From positions 21,635 through 85,634 of the forward strand of contig JBBQNO010000002.1 in assembly GCA_038330045.1 (NCBI GenBank): 64,000 nucleotides of DNA, read 5' to 3'. The position numbers were made by a program, and so were the translations under genes. This document shows, piece by piece, positions 1 through 8,386 of the stretch. Under the pieces are notes generated by a model. That model was not told where the DNA came from and did no database searches. It worked only from the letters and a program-made list of their open reading frames with translations. This stretch comes from Actinomycetales bacterium. Its GTDB lineage: Bacteria; Actinomycetota; Actinomycetes; Actinomycetales; Dermatophilaceae. Position 1 is the first letter of the stretch; each line of letters begins with the position of its first letter.

Positions 1-537
1 AACCTTCTGGTCACCGGGGCCGTATCAATTGCGACGGGGTTGGGTGTGAGTTCGCTAGTCATCGGTCTTACGGTGGTGGCCATCGGCACGTCGTTGCCCG
101 AGCTCGTGGCCTCGATCATTGCGGTACGCCAGAAAGAAGGCGACCTTGCTGTGGGCAACGCCATCGGAAGTTGCCTGGCCAACATCGGCCTTGTCCTTGG
201 GGTGCCCTCGGTGCTCAGCTCGGGCGGTTTGCCGGTGCCTAGCGCGGTGTTGTCGATCGACTTGCCGCTCATGGTGGCCACCAGCGCGGTGTTGCTGCCG
301 GTGATCTACACCGGCGCCCGCATCGCCCGCCGAGAAGGGGTGCTGTTCGTTACCCTCTACGTCGCCTACACCGCATACCTGGTGTTGAACGCCGGGGGTC
401 ACGACTCCACAAGCGGCTTCAGCCTCGTGATGCTCTTTATGGTCCTGCCGCTGGTCGCGATCACGTTGCTCAGTCTCTCCGCGCGGGAACGTCGTTCGCG
501 AGAACGTGCCAAGCAGAACGGGCGTACCCTTGGCTGA
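1..537 (+). CDS. Calcium/sodium antiporter (YrbG/Na_Ca_ex family), 5'-truncated by window edge
   Basis: Frame 1 is open from base 1. It carries the alpha-repeat motifs GTSLPEL and GNAIGS in a hydrophobic multi-TM protein. Confidence 0.9.
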   Translation, partial: NLLVTGAVSIATGLGVSSLVIGLTVVAIGTSLPELVASIIAVRQKEGDLAVGNAIGSCLANIGLVLGVPSVLSSGGLPVPSAVLSIDLPLMVATSAVLLPVIYTGARIARREGVLFVTLYVAYTAYLVLNAGGHDSTSGFSLVMLFMVLPLVAITLLSLSARERRSRERAKQNGRTLG

Positions 538-600
538 CGCTGGACTGGGCTGTCGGATTTCTGCTAGATCGAGAATAGGAATCGGGGCACACTGGGTCAG

Positions 601-2142
601 GTGATCCTCGATACGAACGCCCGCATGGCCGCTGTGCGTAGCCGCGATGCCCGCTTCGACGGGTTCTTCTACCTGGGCGTGACCAGCACCAAGATCTACT
701 GCCGTCCCAGTTGCCCGGCTCGCGTCCCCAAAGAGTCGAATATGCGGTTCTATCCCAGTGCCGCCGCCGCACAAGGAGCAGGGTTCCGGGCCTGCAAACG
801 GTGTCGACCTGACGCAACCCCCGGATCGCCTCTCTGGCACGAACGCAGCGATGTGGTAGCGCGGGTGATGCGGCTCATCTTCGACGGGGTCATCGACCGA
901 GAGGGCGTCGCCGGGGTAGCCCGACGCGTGGGGTACAGCGAGCGGCAGGTCGAACGCCTGGTCCTGGCCGAATTGGGGGCTGGACCGCTGGCGTTGGCTC
1001 GGGCTCAGCGGGCACACACCGCGCGCGTGCTCATCGAGACCACTACCTTGCCGATGTCGGAGATTGCCTACGCGGCGGGTTTCACCAGCATTCGATCTTT
1101 CAACGACACAATCCGCGAAGTTTTCGACGCCACCCCGACCCACTTACGGTCCACACCGCCGCGCAGGTCGCTCCCCGGCGGCCCCCAGCCCAAGGGAGTC
1201 TCGGCCCATCGGGTCACGCTGCGTCTACCGTTCCGCGGTCGGCTGCACGCCCCGAGTCTTTTTGGTCACCTCGCGGCGACCAGCGTGCCGGGGGTCGAGC
1301 AGTGGATCGACACAGTATTGGTGCGCTCCATTCGCCTCGCGCGCGGTCCCGCGCTGATCCACGTGAGCCCGCGCGCTGATCACGTTGCAGCGACCCTGTC
1401 GCTGGCCGATCTCCGAGACCTCACGACGGCCATGCAACGATGCCGACGCCTCCTCGATCTCGATGCCGACCCCGTCGCCATCGACGAACACCTCGCCCGC
1501 GATCCGCTGCTCGCTCCGTTGGTCGCCTCCGCCGCGGGCGTGCGTATCCCGGGGGCGATGGACCCAGCCGAGATGGCTATTCGGATCGTGCTGAGTCAAC
1601 ACATCTCCACCAAAGCTGCCGCGACCCTGACCGCCCGACTGGTCCGCACGCTCGGCGAGCCGTTCGTTGGTCATGGCAACGCTGTTGGGGGCACGAGCGC
1701 TGGCGAGGGCATTAACTGGCTTTTTCCCTCGCCCGCTGCCATCGCAGCGGCCGACCCAGGCCTCCTGCCTGGTATGCCGCCCACGCGCCTGCGCTCGTTG
1801 CGCTTGCTGGCGAGCGCGCTGGCTGACAGCTCCGTCGACGTCGGCCCTGCGGCCGACTGGGCGCAGGCGCGAAGCCGACTCCTCGCCATTCCCGGCATTG
1901 GGCCGTGGACGGTCGAGATGATCGCACTGCGCGCCATGGGAGACCCCAATGCCTTCCCTGCGACGGACCTTGGCGTTCGCAACACCGCGATAGCGCTGGG
2001 GTTGCCCGCCCCGCCCCGAGATCTGATTAGCCACGCCGCCGCGTGGCAACCTTGGCGTGGTTACGCCACCCAAAGCCTCTGGGCGGCCAGCGACCACGTC
2101 GCCGCCCGCATGCCCGAACCCACCACAGGAGCGACGACGTAA
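601..2142 (+). CDS. alkA: Ada-type Zn/AraC regulator fused to DNA-3-methyladenine glycosylase II (AdaA-AlkA)
   Basis: N-terminal Ada Zn motif (YCRPSCP...FRACKRC), AraC HTH (AGFTSIRSFN), HhH-GPD glycosylase (IPGIGPWT...FPATD). Confidence 0.95.
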   Translation: MILDTNARMAAVRSRDARFDGFFYLGVTSTKIYCRPSCPARVPKESNMRFYPSAAAAQGAGFRACKRCRPDATPGSPLWHERSDVVARVMRLIFDGVIDREGVAGVARRVGYSERQVERLVLAELGAGPLALARAQRAHTARVLIETTTLPMSEIAYAAGFTSIRSFNDTIREVFDATPTHLRSTPPRRSLPGGPQPKGVSAHRVTLRLPFRGRLHAPSLFGHLAATSVPGVEQWIDTVLVRSIRLARGPALIHVSPRADHVAATLSLADLRDLTTAMQRCRRLLDLDADPVAIDEHLARDPLLAPLVASAAGVRIPGAMDPAEMAIRIVLSQHISTKAAATLTARLVRTLGEPFVGHGNAVGGTSAGEGINWLFPSPAAIAAADPGLLPGMPPTRLRSLRLLASALADSSVDVGPAADWAQARSRLLAIPGIGPWTVEMIALRAMGDPNAFPATDLGVRNTAIALGLPAPPRDLISHAAAWQPWRGYATQSLWAASDHVAARMPEPTTGATT

Positions 2143-2687
2143 TGCTGCGATTGCCCGTACAGCGATTCGATCTGCAGCGATTCCACTACGACATGGACAG
2201 TCCCGTCGATGCTCTGACCCTGGTCAGCGACGGTCGAGCGCTGATCGGTCTGTACTTCGTGGAGCACCGGCACGCCCCGCCAGCGGACGACCGAGGCGCG
2301 CGGGTCGGCGACAACGATCTTGCTGACCACCCCATCTTTGTTACTGCGCGAGACCAACTGGATGAGTACTTTGCCGGGCAACGGCGTGACTTCGACGTGG
2401 CGTTGAATCCGCACGGCACGGCATTCCAACACCGCGTGTGGGCCGCGTTGCGCACCATCGATTTTGGTCAGACCGCTAGCTATGGCCAGATTGCGGCGGC
2501 CATCGACTCGCCGTCAGCCTCACGGGCCGTGGGAGCAGCCAACGGCCGCAATCCGATCTCCATCATCGTGCCGTGCCACCGCGTGATCGGCGGCAACGGT
2601 TCCTTGACCGGATACGGCGGCGGAGCCCCACGCAAGCAGGCGCTGTTGGATTTGGAACGCAGCGTCACCGGCGCGTCGTTGTTCTGA
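2142..2687 (+). CDS. ogt: Methylated-DNA--protein-cysteine methyltransferase
   Basis: IIVPCHRVI active-site motif. ATG at 2142 overlaps the alkA stop (TAATG); the ORF-track start at 2043 is probably too long. Confidence 0.95.
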   Translation: MLRLPVQRFDLQRFHYDMDSPVDALTLVSDGRALIGLYFVEHRHAPPADDRGARVGDNDLADHPIFVTARDQLDEYFAGQRRDFDVALNPHGTAFQHRVWAALRTIDFGQTASYGQIAAAIDSPSASRAVGAANGRNPISIIVPCHRVIGGNGSLTGYGGGAPRKQALLDLERSVTGASLF

Positions 2688-2708
2688 CTTCCCCTTCGTT
2701 ATCCTCAT

Positions 2709-4208
2709 GTGGTGAATCACCCACCGACATCGCCCGACGTCGACCTTCCTGAGCAGATCCAGATTCGCCAGGCCAAGCGTGCCCAGTTGATCGCCGATGG
2801 TGGTGAGGCCTACCCCGCTCACGTGCCGGTGACGCACAGCCTCCACGAGGTGCGCCAGGCGTGGAGCCACCTGGTCGCCGAAGAGGTCAGCGACACCGAA
2901 GTGGGCATCGGCGGGCGGGTGGTCTTCATCCGCAACACCGGGAAGTTGTGCTTCGCCAGCCTGCAATCCGGGATGGGCGACCGCTTGCAAGTGATGCTCA
3001 GCCTGGCGGTCGTGGGCGAAGAGGCATTGACGCGTTGGAAATCTCTGGTCGATCTAGGCGACCACGTCTTTGTTCACGGCGAAGTCATCAGCAGCCGCCG
3101 GGGGGAGCTGTCGGTGATGGCCGACGAGTGGCAGATGGCGAGCAAAGCCCTTCGCCCACTTCCGGTTCTGCACAGAGAACTGTCGGGGGAGCAGCGTGTT
3201 CGCCGCAGGTATGTCGACCTGATCGTCCGCGACGAAGCGCGAGCGATGGTGCGCCACCGTGCGGCCGTGACCCGCGCGATCCGCGAGGTCTTGCATGCCC
3301 AGACGTACCTGGAAGTGGAGACTCCTACCCTGCAAGCTATTCACGGTGGGGCGAATGCGCGGCCATTTCGCACGCACTTGAACGCGTTCGACATGCCGAT
3401 GACGCTGCGTATCGCCCTCGAGCTTTATCTCAAGCGCGCAGTGGTCGGGGGCGTGGATCGGGTCTACGAAATGGGACGCATTTTCCGTAACGAGGGCATC
3501 GATTCTTCGCACAGTCCTGAGTTCACGATGCTCGAGGCCTATGCCGCCTATGGGGATCAAGTCACCATGGCAGCATTGACGAAAGACATTGTGTTGGCAG
3601 CTGCCGACGCGGTCGGGTCACGTCAGATCACGAGTGGCACAGACACCATCGACCTTGACGGCGAGTGGACGTGGCTATCCTTTTACGATGGGCTCTCGAA
3701 GGCGGTGGGCCGCGTCGTCACGGTCAACACGGAGGTGCACGTGCTCTCGGCGTTGGCCGCTGAGCACGGAGTGAGTCTTCCCGAGAATGCCAGTGGGCAA
3801 AAGATCGCGATGGAAATTTTTGAGTCTGCAGTTGAACCTCTCCTTGTGCAGCCGACCTTCGTCTGTGACTATCCGCAGGCAGCTCAGCCTTTGGCGCGCC
3901 CGCACCGATCCGAACCCGGCCTCATTGAAGCCTGGGACCTCATTATCGGTGGGATGGAACGAGCTACGGCTTTCACCGAACTCATTGATCCAGAGATTCA
4001 ACGAGCTCGATTGGTCGAACAATCAATTCTTGCAGCCGGAGGGGACGCAGAAGCAATGTCTGTTGATGAAGACTTTCTCCAGGCGCTTGAACATGCGGCC
4101 CCGCCGATGGGTGGTTTAGGCCTTGGCGTTGATCGATTGCTGATGCTGCTGACTGGGGCCGGAATCAGAGAGACCATCCTGTTCCCCTTCGTGAGAGCAC
4201 AGGCCTGA
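2709..4208 (+). CDS. lysS: Lysine--tRNA ligase (class II)
   Basis: OB-fold (GRVVFIRNTGKLCF), motif 2 (FRNEGIDSSHSPEFTMLE), motif 3 (GLGLGVDRL). Start could be GTG 2712. Confidence 0.97.
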   Translation: MVNHPPTSPDVDLPEQIQIRQAKRAQLIADGGEAYPAHVPVTHSLHEVRQAWSHLVAEEVSDTEVGIGGRVVFIRNTGKLCFASLQSGMGDRLQVMLSLAVVGEEALTRWKSLVDLGDHVFVHGEVISSRRGELSVMADEWQMASKALRPLPVLHRELSGEQRVRRRYVDLIVRDEARAMVRHRAAVTRAIREVLHAQTYLEVETPTLQAIHGGANARPFRTHLNAFDMPMTLRIALELYLKRAVVGGVDRVYEMGRIFRNEGIDSSHSPEFTMLEAYAAYGDQVTMAALTKDIVLAAADAVGSRQITSGTDTIDLDGEWTWLSFYDGLSKAVGRVVTVNTEVHVLSALAAEHGVSLPENASGQKIAMEIFESAVEPLLVQPTFVCDYPQAAQPLARPHRSEPGLIEAWDLIIGGMERATAFTELIDPEIQRARLVEQSILAAGGDAEAMSVDEDFLQALEHAAPPMGGLGLGVDRLLMLLTGAGIRETILFPFVRAQA

Positions 4209-4209
4209 C

Positions 4210-4419
4210 GTGGGGGTATGGGAGGCGACGTGGCCGATCCTGGCCGCGTTGCTGCCGTCGATCGGTCTGCTCTACCTTTTTTGGGTGATCATGAAGCACA
4301 TCCTTGAAGGTGATCGGCGAGAACGTGCGGCGCAACGCCTTTGGGAAGCGGAACAGGATGCTGCGTTGATGCCTAATGAGTCCCCTCATGGTGACGATGA
4401 CAACAGGAATGACTCATAG
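4210..4419 (+). CDS. Small single-TM hypothetical protein between lysS and lsr2
   Basis: 69 aa, one hydrophobic helix followed by a charged tail (ILEGDRRERAAQ). Starts 1 nt after the lysS stop. Confidence 0.7.
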   Translation: MGVWEATWPILAALLPSIGLLYLFWVIMKHILEGDRRERAAQRLWEAEQDAALMPNESPHGDDDNRNDS

Positions 4420-4431
4420 TTCGTGTTTATG

Positions 4432-4461
4432 TTGTCGTTTCGCTTCTTTAGTGGCTAATAT
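4432..4461 (+). promoter_or_regulatory. Putative SigA-type promoter of lsr2
   Basis: TTGTCG-N18-TAATAT in an AT-rich intergenic stretch about 60 nt upstream of lsr2. Confidence 0.45.
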
Positions 4462-4521
4462 TGCATTGGTTGCTCGGTCCGTGTCCGAGCGCATACCTTC
4501 GACGAAGTAAGAGGTTTATCC

Positions 4522-4857
4522 ATGGCACAACGAGTGCAAGTGATTCTCGAGGACGACCTCGATGGCGGACAGGCTGCAGAGACAGTGGAGTTCGCGCTGG
4601 ATGGGGTCAGTTACGAGATTGACCTCAGCGACGGTAACGCCTCGGCGTTGCGCAATGATCTGGCCCGCTGGGTGGCTCACTCGCGTCGCTCTGGCGGTCG
4701 CCGCCAAACCCGCCGCCGCAACGGTGGCGCAAGCAGCGGGGCCTCCCGTGAGGAGCTCGCACGCATTCGCGAATGGGGTCGCAACAACGGTTACTCCGTG
4801 AGTGACCGCGGCCGTGTTTCGCAGGACGTGCAGGACGCCTACGCTGCAGCAAACTGA
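4522..4857 (+). CDS. lsr2: Nucleoid-associated protein Lsr2
   Basis: MAQRVQVILEDDLDG...YEIDLS dimerisation domain and IREWGRNNGYSVSDRGRV AT-hook-like domain. Confidence 0.97.
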   Translation: MAQRVQVILEDDLDGGQAAETVEFALDGVSYEIDLSDGNASALRNDLARWVAHSRRSGGRRQTRRRNGGASSGASREELARIREWGRNNGYSVSDRGRVSQDVQDAYAAAN

Positions 4858-4878
4858 TACACCTGCGTCGTGACGCAC

Positions 4879-4924
4879 TGATGGCCCCCATTCGAAACTC
4901 CGTGAGTTTCGATGGGGGCCATCA
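4879..4924. terminator. Bidirectional intrinsic terminator between convergent lsr2 and the LigD-Pol gene
   Basis: tgatggccccca(t)tcgaaactc / gagtttcgatgggggccatca: a 21-bp stem with one bulge. Confidence 0.8.
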
Positions 4925-4927
4925 GCG

Positions 4928-5881
4928 TTAGATTGGGGATTGCGGGTCATTGAGCGATGGCGGCGCTGGGGGAAAGTGGCGGGCTAAGCACGCGGGGACA
5001 TCACCAATAGGCACTTGAGCTAACTGGCCGTCGCGTTCTGCGCCGCGCTCAATCTCGGTCCACGTTCGGGGGGTGGCGACGGTCGGACGATCTCGACCTC
5101 GTAGCGACCAGGGGCAGATCGTCGTTTTCGCGGCCGTGTTCTGTGACCAGTCGAAGAACACCTTGTTGGCCCGGGCGGCCTTGTTCATCTGCCACACCAC
5201 GGCGTCGGGTTGCGCCCTTGCAAGGTGCTGCGCGAGCGATTTGGCCACGGCGGTGATCTCCGCCGCTTCACGATCACCCTCGAGGTCGGCATACAACTGC
5301 ATGCCTTTGCTGCCGCTGGTGACCGGCGTCAACGTTAACCCGGTGCCTTCGATCTGCTCGCGGAGCACCAGAGCGATCTGCGCGCACTCCATCAAGCCGG
5401 TTCCCGGGCCGGGGTCGAGGTCGATTACAAGGCGGTCGGGGAGCTTGGCCTCGCCTGCGGAGGTGACGCGCCACTGCGGCACATGGAATTCCAATGATCC
5501 GAGGTTGGCGAGGTAGACGAGGTCAGCAAGGTCGCCGATGACGGGATAGGTGACGTGAGAGTGGGAGCGCGACCCGGTGCCCGGCCCACGCATCGTGACC
5601 GACGGCAGCCAATCGGGCGCGCCGCTGGGCAGATTCTTCTCGAAGAAGTGATCACCGCCCACGCCATGAGGCCATCGCACCCGAGTAACGGGTCGATGCG
5701 CCAAGTGACCGAGTATGTGATCGGAGACCGTGATGTAGTGCTGCAAGACATTGAGTTTGGTGGTGCCGGTCGCTGGATACATCACCTTGTCGAGGTTGCT
5801 CACGCGCAGTCGGCGGCCAGCGATCGTGAGGTGCCCGATGTCATCGGTCGGCATAGGGCACTTGCTTTGGTCCGAGGTCAC
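4928..5881 (-). CDS. ligD: NHEJ primase-polymerase (stand-alone LigD Pol domain)
   Basis: VSNLDKVMYP, RWPHG...FFEKN, DRLVIDLDPG, TSGSKGMQ, FFDWSQN and PWSLRG motifs of the AEP/LigD Pol family. Start could be ATG 5854. Confidence 0.9.
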   Translation of the reverse strand: MTSDQSKCPMPTDDIGHLTIAGRRLRVSNLDKVMYPATGTTKLNVLQHYITVSDHILGHLAHRPVTRVRWPHGVGGDHFFEKNLPSGAPDWLPSVTMRGPGTGSRSHSHVTYPVIGDLADLVYLANLGSLEFHVPQWRVTSAGEAKLPDRLVIDLDPGPGTGLMECAQIALVLREQIEGTGLTLTPVTSGSKGMQLYADLEGDREAAEITAVAKSLAQHLARAQPDAVVWQMNKAARANKVFFDWSQNTAAKTTICPWSLRGRDRPTVATPRTWTEIERGAERDGQLAQVPIGDVPACLARHFPPAPPSLNDPQSPI

Positions 5882-6809
5882 TGCGCAGACGTTGGTATGA
5901 CGGCTGGCGCAGTCGAGCCGAAGCGTTCACGCCTAGCGATGCCACGTCGACCACCAAGACGGGCTTGACCCACGTGGTGCCCCGCGCGTCAACGTCAGGG
6001 ACGTCGCCGGTGAACGGGCTGTGCGGCTGGGCCAACGGTGCCAGGGCCTGGGCCAGTCGGGCCCCGGCGCGCCCCGCAAGCCCACTTCCGACGCGCCCCC
6101 GGAAGGCGAGGCCGCTGCCGTGGATGGACGTCGGCGAGCCGACCAGCAGCGCCCCGAGAGCGGTGGAGCCCACTTGCGGTCTCCACCCGCCGATGACGTA
6201 CGAATCGCAACCACGATGGGGAAACTTCAGCCAGTCCTTGCTGCGGGTACCCGGTAGGTAGGGGGAGTCCAGCCTCTTGGACACCACCCCCTCCAGTCCC
6301 TGCGCGGCGCTAGCCGTCCACAGAGCAGGCCCGTCGGCATACGTCGTGGACAGCGACCGCGTCGGGCCCGGTGACCAGATCGATTCCAGGGCCTGCCGTC
6401 GCTCCCTCAGTGGCAGGCTTGTGATGTCGAGTCCGTCCAGACGGAGTAAATCGAAGACCATGAAGGTGGCCGGGCGCTGCGCAGCGCGACGCGCGGCACT
6501 GGCCCGGCCCCGTTCGTCGTCGCCGATGTGCACTCGATCAACGACCCGGGAAAACACGGGCACGCCGTCGAGCCAGGCGATCGCCTCGCCATCAAACAAC
6601 GCGTCGGGGGCAACGTCGGCCAAGGCCGCAAACTCGGGAAAGCCTGCGCTGACGTCTCGCCCGGAGCGGGTCCGTAGCATGACTGTTCCGTCGCGGACAT
6701 CGGCGAGGAGGCGCACACCATCCCACTTGATTTCATGCTGCCAGGCCGGCCCGGTGGGCATGGAGACCCCGCCGCCGGGAGCACCCGGACTGGCGATCAT
6801 CGGTTTCAT
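5841..6809 (-). CDS. ATP-dependent DNA ligase (stand-alone LigD/LigC-type ligase domain)
   Basis: Motif I EIKWDG, FDGE, FDLL, EGVVSKR, WLK, and an OB domain with GRVGSG and LRQPSY. Confidence 0.9.
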   Translation of the reverse strand: MKPMIASPGAPGGGVSMPTGPAWQHEIKWDGVRLLADVRDGTVMLRTRSGRDVSAGFPEFAALADVAPDALFDGEAIAWLDGVPVFSRVVDRVHIGDDERGRASAARRAAQRPATFMVFDLLRLDGLDITSLPLRERRQALESIWSPGPTRSLSTTYADGPALWTASAAQGLEGVVSKRLDSPYLPGTRSKDWLKFPHRGCDSYVIGGWRPQVGSTALGALLVGSPTSIHGSGLAFRGRVGSGLAGRAGARLAQALAPLAQPHSPFTGDVPDVDARGTTWVKPVLVVDVASLGVNASARLRQPSYQRLRSDLGPKQVPYADR

Positions 6810-6826
6810 AGGTCCATATTGGGCCC
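6810..6826. promoter_or_regulatory. Overlapping back-to-back -10 elements for leaderless ligase and ku
   Basis: Only 17 nt separate the two ATGs. CATATT lies 6 nt before the ku ATG (+); CAATAT lies 6 nt before the ligase ATG (-). Confidence 0.5.
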
Positions 6827-7663
6827 ATGCGAGCCATCTGGAAGGGAGCCGTGTCGTTCGGGTTGGTCAATGTGCCCGTCCGGCTCTACTCGGCCACCGA
6901 AAACCATGACCTGAGTTTCCACCAGGTCCGCGCCAGCGACGGATCGCGCGTGCGCTACAAACGCGTCGCCCAAGCCGACGGTGAGGAGGTGGCTTACCGC
7001 GAGATCGCCAAAGGCTATGAAGCGGACGACGGAACCACCGTGATGTTGACTGACGCCGACCTGGCGACGCTGCCCAATCGGAGTAGCAAAGAGATCGCGG
7101 TCGAGAGTTTTGTGCCTATCGCGCAGATCGACCCGATTCTCTACGACAAGGCCTACTACATCGAGCCGGATGAGATGGGCGCCAAGGCCTACGGATTGCT
7201 GCGTGAGGCGCTGCGCGAAACGGAGCGCGTCGCGGTGGTCACCGTCAGCGTGCGCACACGGATGACCATGGCCGTCTTACGGGTGCTCGGTGACGTGATC
7301 GTGTTGCAGACCTTGCTGTGGCCCGACGAGGTGCGTGACGCCGCCGACCTCAAGCACCTCGACAAGGTCAGCGAGCCGAAAGACTCCGAAGTCAAGATGG
7401 CCCAGATGCTGGTGGAGTCGATGGCGGGCGATTTCATACCCGAAGAGCACGTCGATGACTACAAAGAGGCGGTCGAAGCCTTGGTGGCGGCGAAGATCGA
7501 AGGCGGGGAGACCACCACCGCACCCGCCGACGACGATGAATCTGACTCCGGGGAAGTTGTCGACCTCCTTGCGGCCTTGCAGCGCAGCGTGGATCGGGCC
7601 AAGAAGAGTCAGAACAGCAAGGCGAGCGACGAGAAGGACGCTTCGCGCGGGAAGGCTGGTTGA
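6827..7663 (+). CDS. ku: Non-homologous end joining protein Ku
   Basis: MRAIWKGAVSFGLVNVPVRLYSAT, KGYE, IDPILYDKAYY, LLWPDEVR and VVDLLAALQRSV are prokaryotic Ku signatures. Confidence 0.97.
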   Translation: MRAIWKGAVSFGLVNVPVRLYSATENHDLSFHQVRASDGSRVRYKRVAQADGEEVAYREIAKGYEADDGTTVMLTDADLATLPNRSSKEIAVESFVPIAQIDPILYDKAYYIEPDEMGAKAYGLLREALRETERVAVVTVSVRTRMTMAVLRVLGDVIVLQTLLWPDEVRDAADLKHLDKVSEPKDSEVKMAQMLVESMAGDFIPEEHVDDYKEAVEALVAAKIEGGETTTAPADDDESDSGEVVDLLAALQRSVDRAKKSQNSKASDEKDASRGKAG

Positions 7664-8256
7664 ACGCCGCACCTCCCGACCCGCCGCCGCTTCTCATCCC
7701 GGTCGGTATGTTCCGGGAAGAATCGGTGCGTCGTGCTGGGCTCATCGACGTTTCAGCGGCCGTGGAGGGCCAACGCGTGGGCGACGACCCCACCTCGACC
7801 TGGCGACTGAGTCTGTGGCGGTGGCATCGAGCGGGGTATGGCGACGTGCCCGCGAGTGTGGCCGTCACCTTTGTTGCCCAGTGGGTGCTGCAGTCGGTGG
7901 CGTGTGCCGTCGTCGCCGCCGACCGATCTGGGGGACACCTGGGGTCGCCCTTAGGCCTGCACATCGCCACGGACGCCATCGCGTTCTACCCCAAGGAAGT
8001 GCTGATCGAGCCCGCTGAGCTGCTGTCGGGGCGCGCTGGCGACCCGCATGCGGCATACCGAAGCGCGGCGCTTGCCTTCATCGACACCTACCGCCCCGAT
8101 ATGCCGATGAGTTCGCGGCAGCGTTACGGGTTGGTGCATGACGTGTGGCAGGCGGCCACCGTCAACGGCCGGGCACGTCGTCAATCGTGCTGCTTCTTGT
8201 ATGCGCTGCCCGGCATGCGCGTCTGTGCGAGTTGTCCCCGCATTCCTCTTGCTTAG
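7660..8256 (+). CDS. FhuF-like (2Fe-2S)-binding / ferric-siderophore reductase family protein
   Basis: C-terminal RQSCC-x10-C-x2-CP motif. TTG start overlaps the ku stop by 4 nt. Confidence 0.75.
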   Translation: MNAAPPDPPPLLIPVGMFREESVRRAGLIDVSAAVEGQRVGDDPTSTWRLSLWRWHRAGYGDVPASVAVTFVAQWVLQSVACAVVAADRSGGHLGSPLGLHIATDAIAFYPKEVLIEPAELLSGRAGDPHAAYRSAALAFIDTYRPDMPMSSRQRYGLVHDVWQAATVNGRARRQSCCFLYALPGMRVCASCPRIPLA

Positions 8257-8269
8257 GGCACTGCACTTG

Positions 8270-8283
8270 CGCCCAGGGCGAAC
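8270..8283 (-). promoter_or_regulatory. ClgR-binding box upstream of clpC
   Basis: The minus strand reads GTTCGC-CCTGG-GCG, matching the established actinobacterial ClgR consensus GTTCGC-N5-GCG, about 100 nt before clpC. Confidence 0.7.
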
Positions 8284-8386
8284 AGGGGCGCCTGAGTCAG
8301 GTGATTGTGGAACAGTCCTAGATGCGCCCACGTTGAGACAAGCAACGACACGTACCATCGAGGTCCTCGCGACATCAGGAGAATCC

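Noticed and set aside
551-572. TGTCGG upstream of ada/alkA as a third PafBC promoter
   Set aside because: Spacing to the next TA is 8 rather than 10 nt and the hexamer does not end in T. It may belong to an Ada-type site instead.
55-1143. 362-aa minus-strand ORF and many similar long ORFs (e.g. 25255..26487 -, 26361..27524 +, 45449..46438 -, 50192..51013 +)
   Set aside because: They are antisense or off-frame shadows of well-supported genes, expected in high-GC DNA, and have no recognisable motifs.
4928-6809. Ligase and polymerase ORFs as a frameshifted single LigD
   Set aside because: Each domain is complete with its own start, and separate Lig and Pol genes next to ku are an established actinobacterial arrangement.
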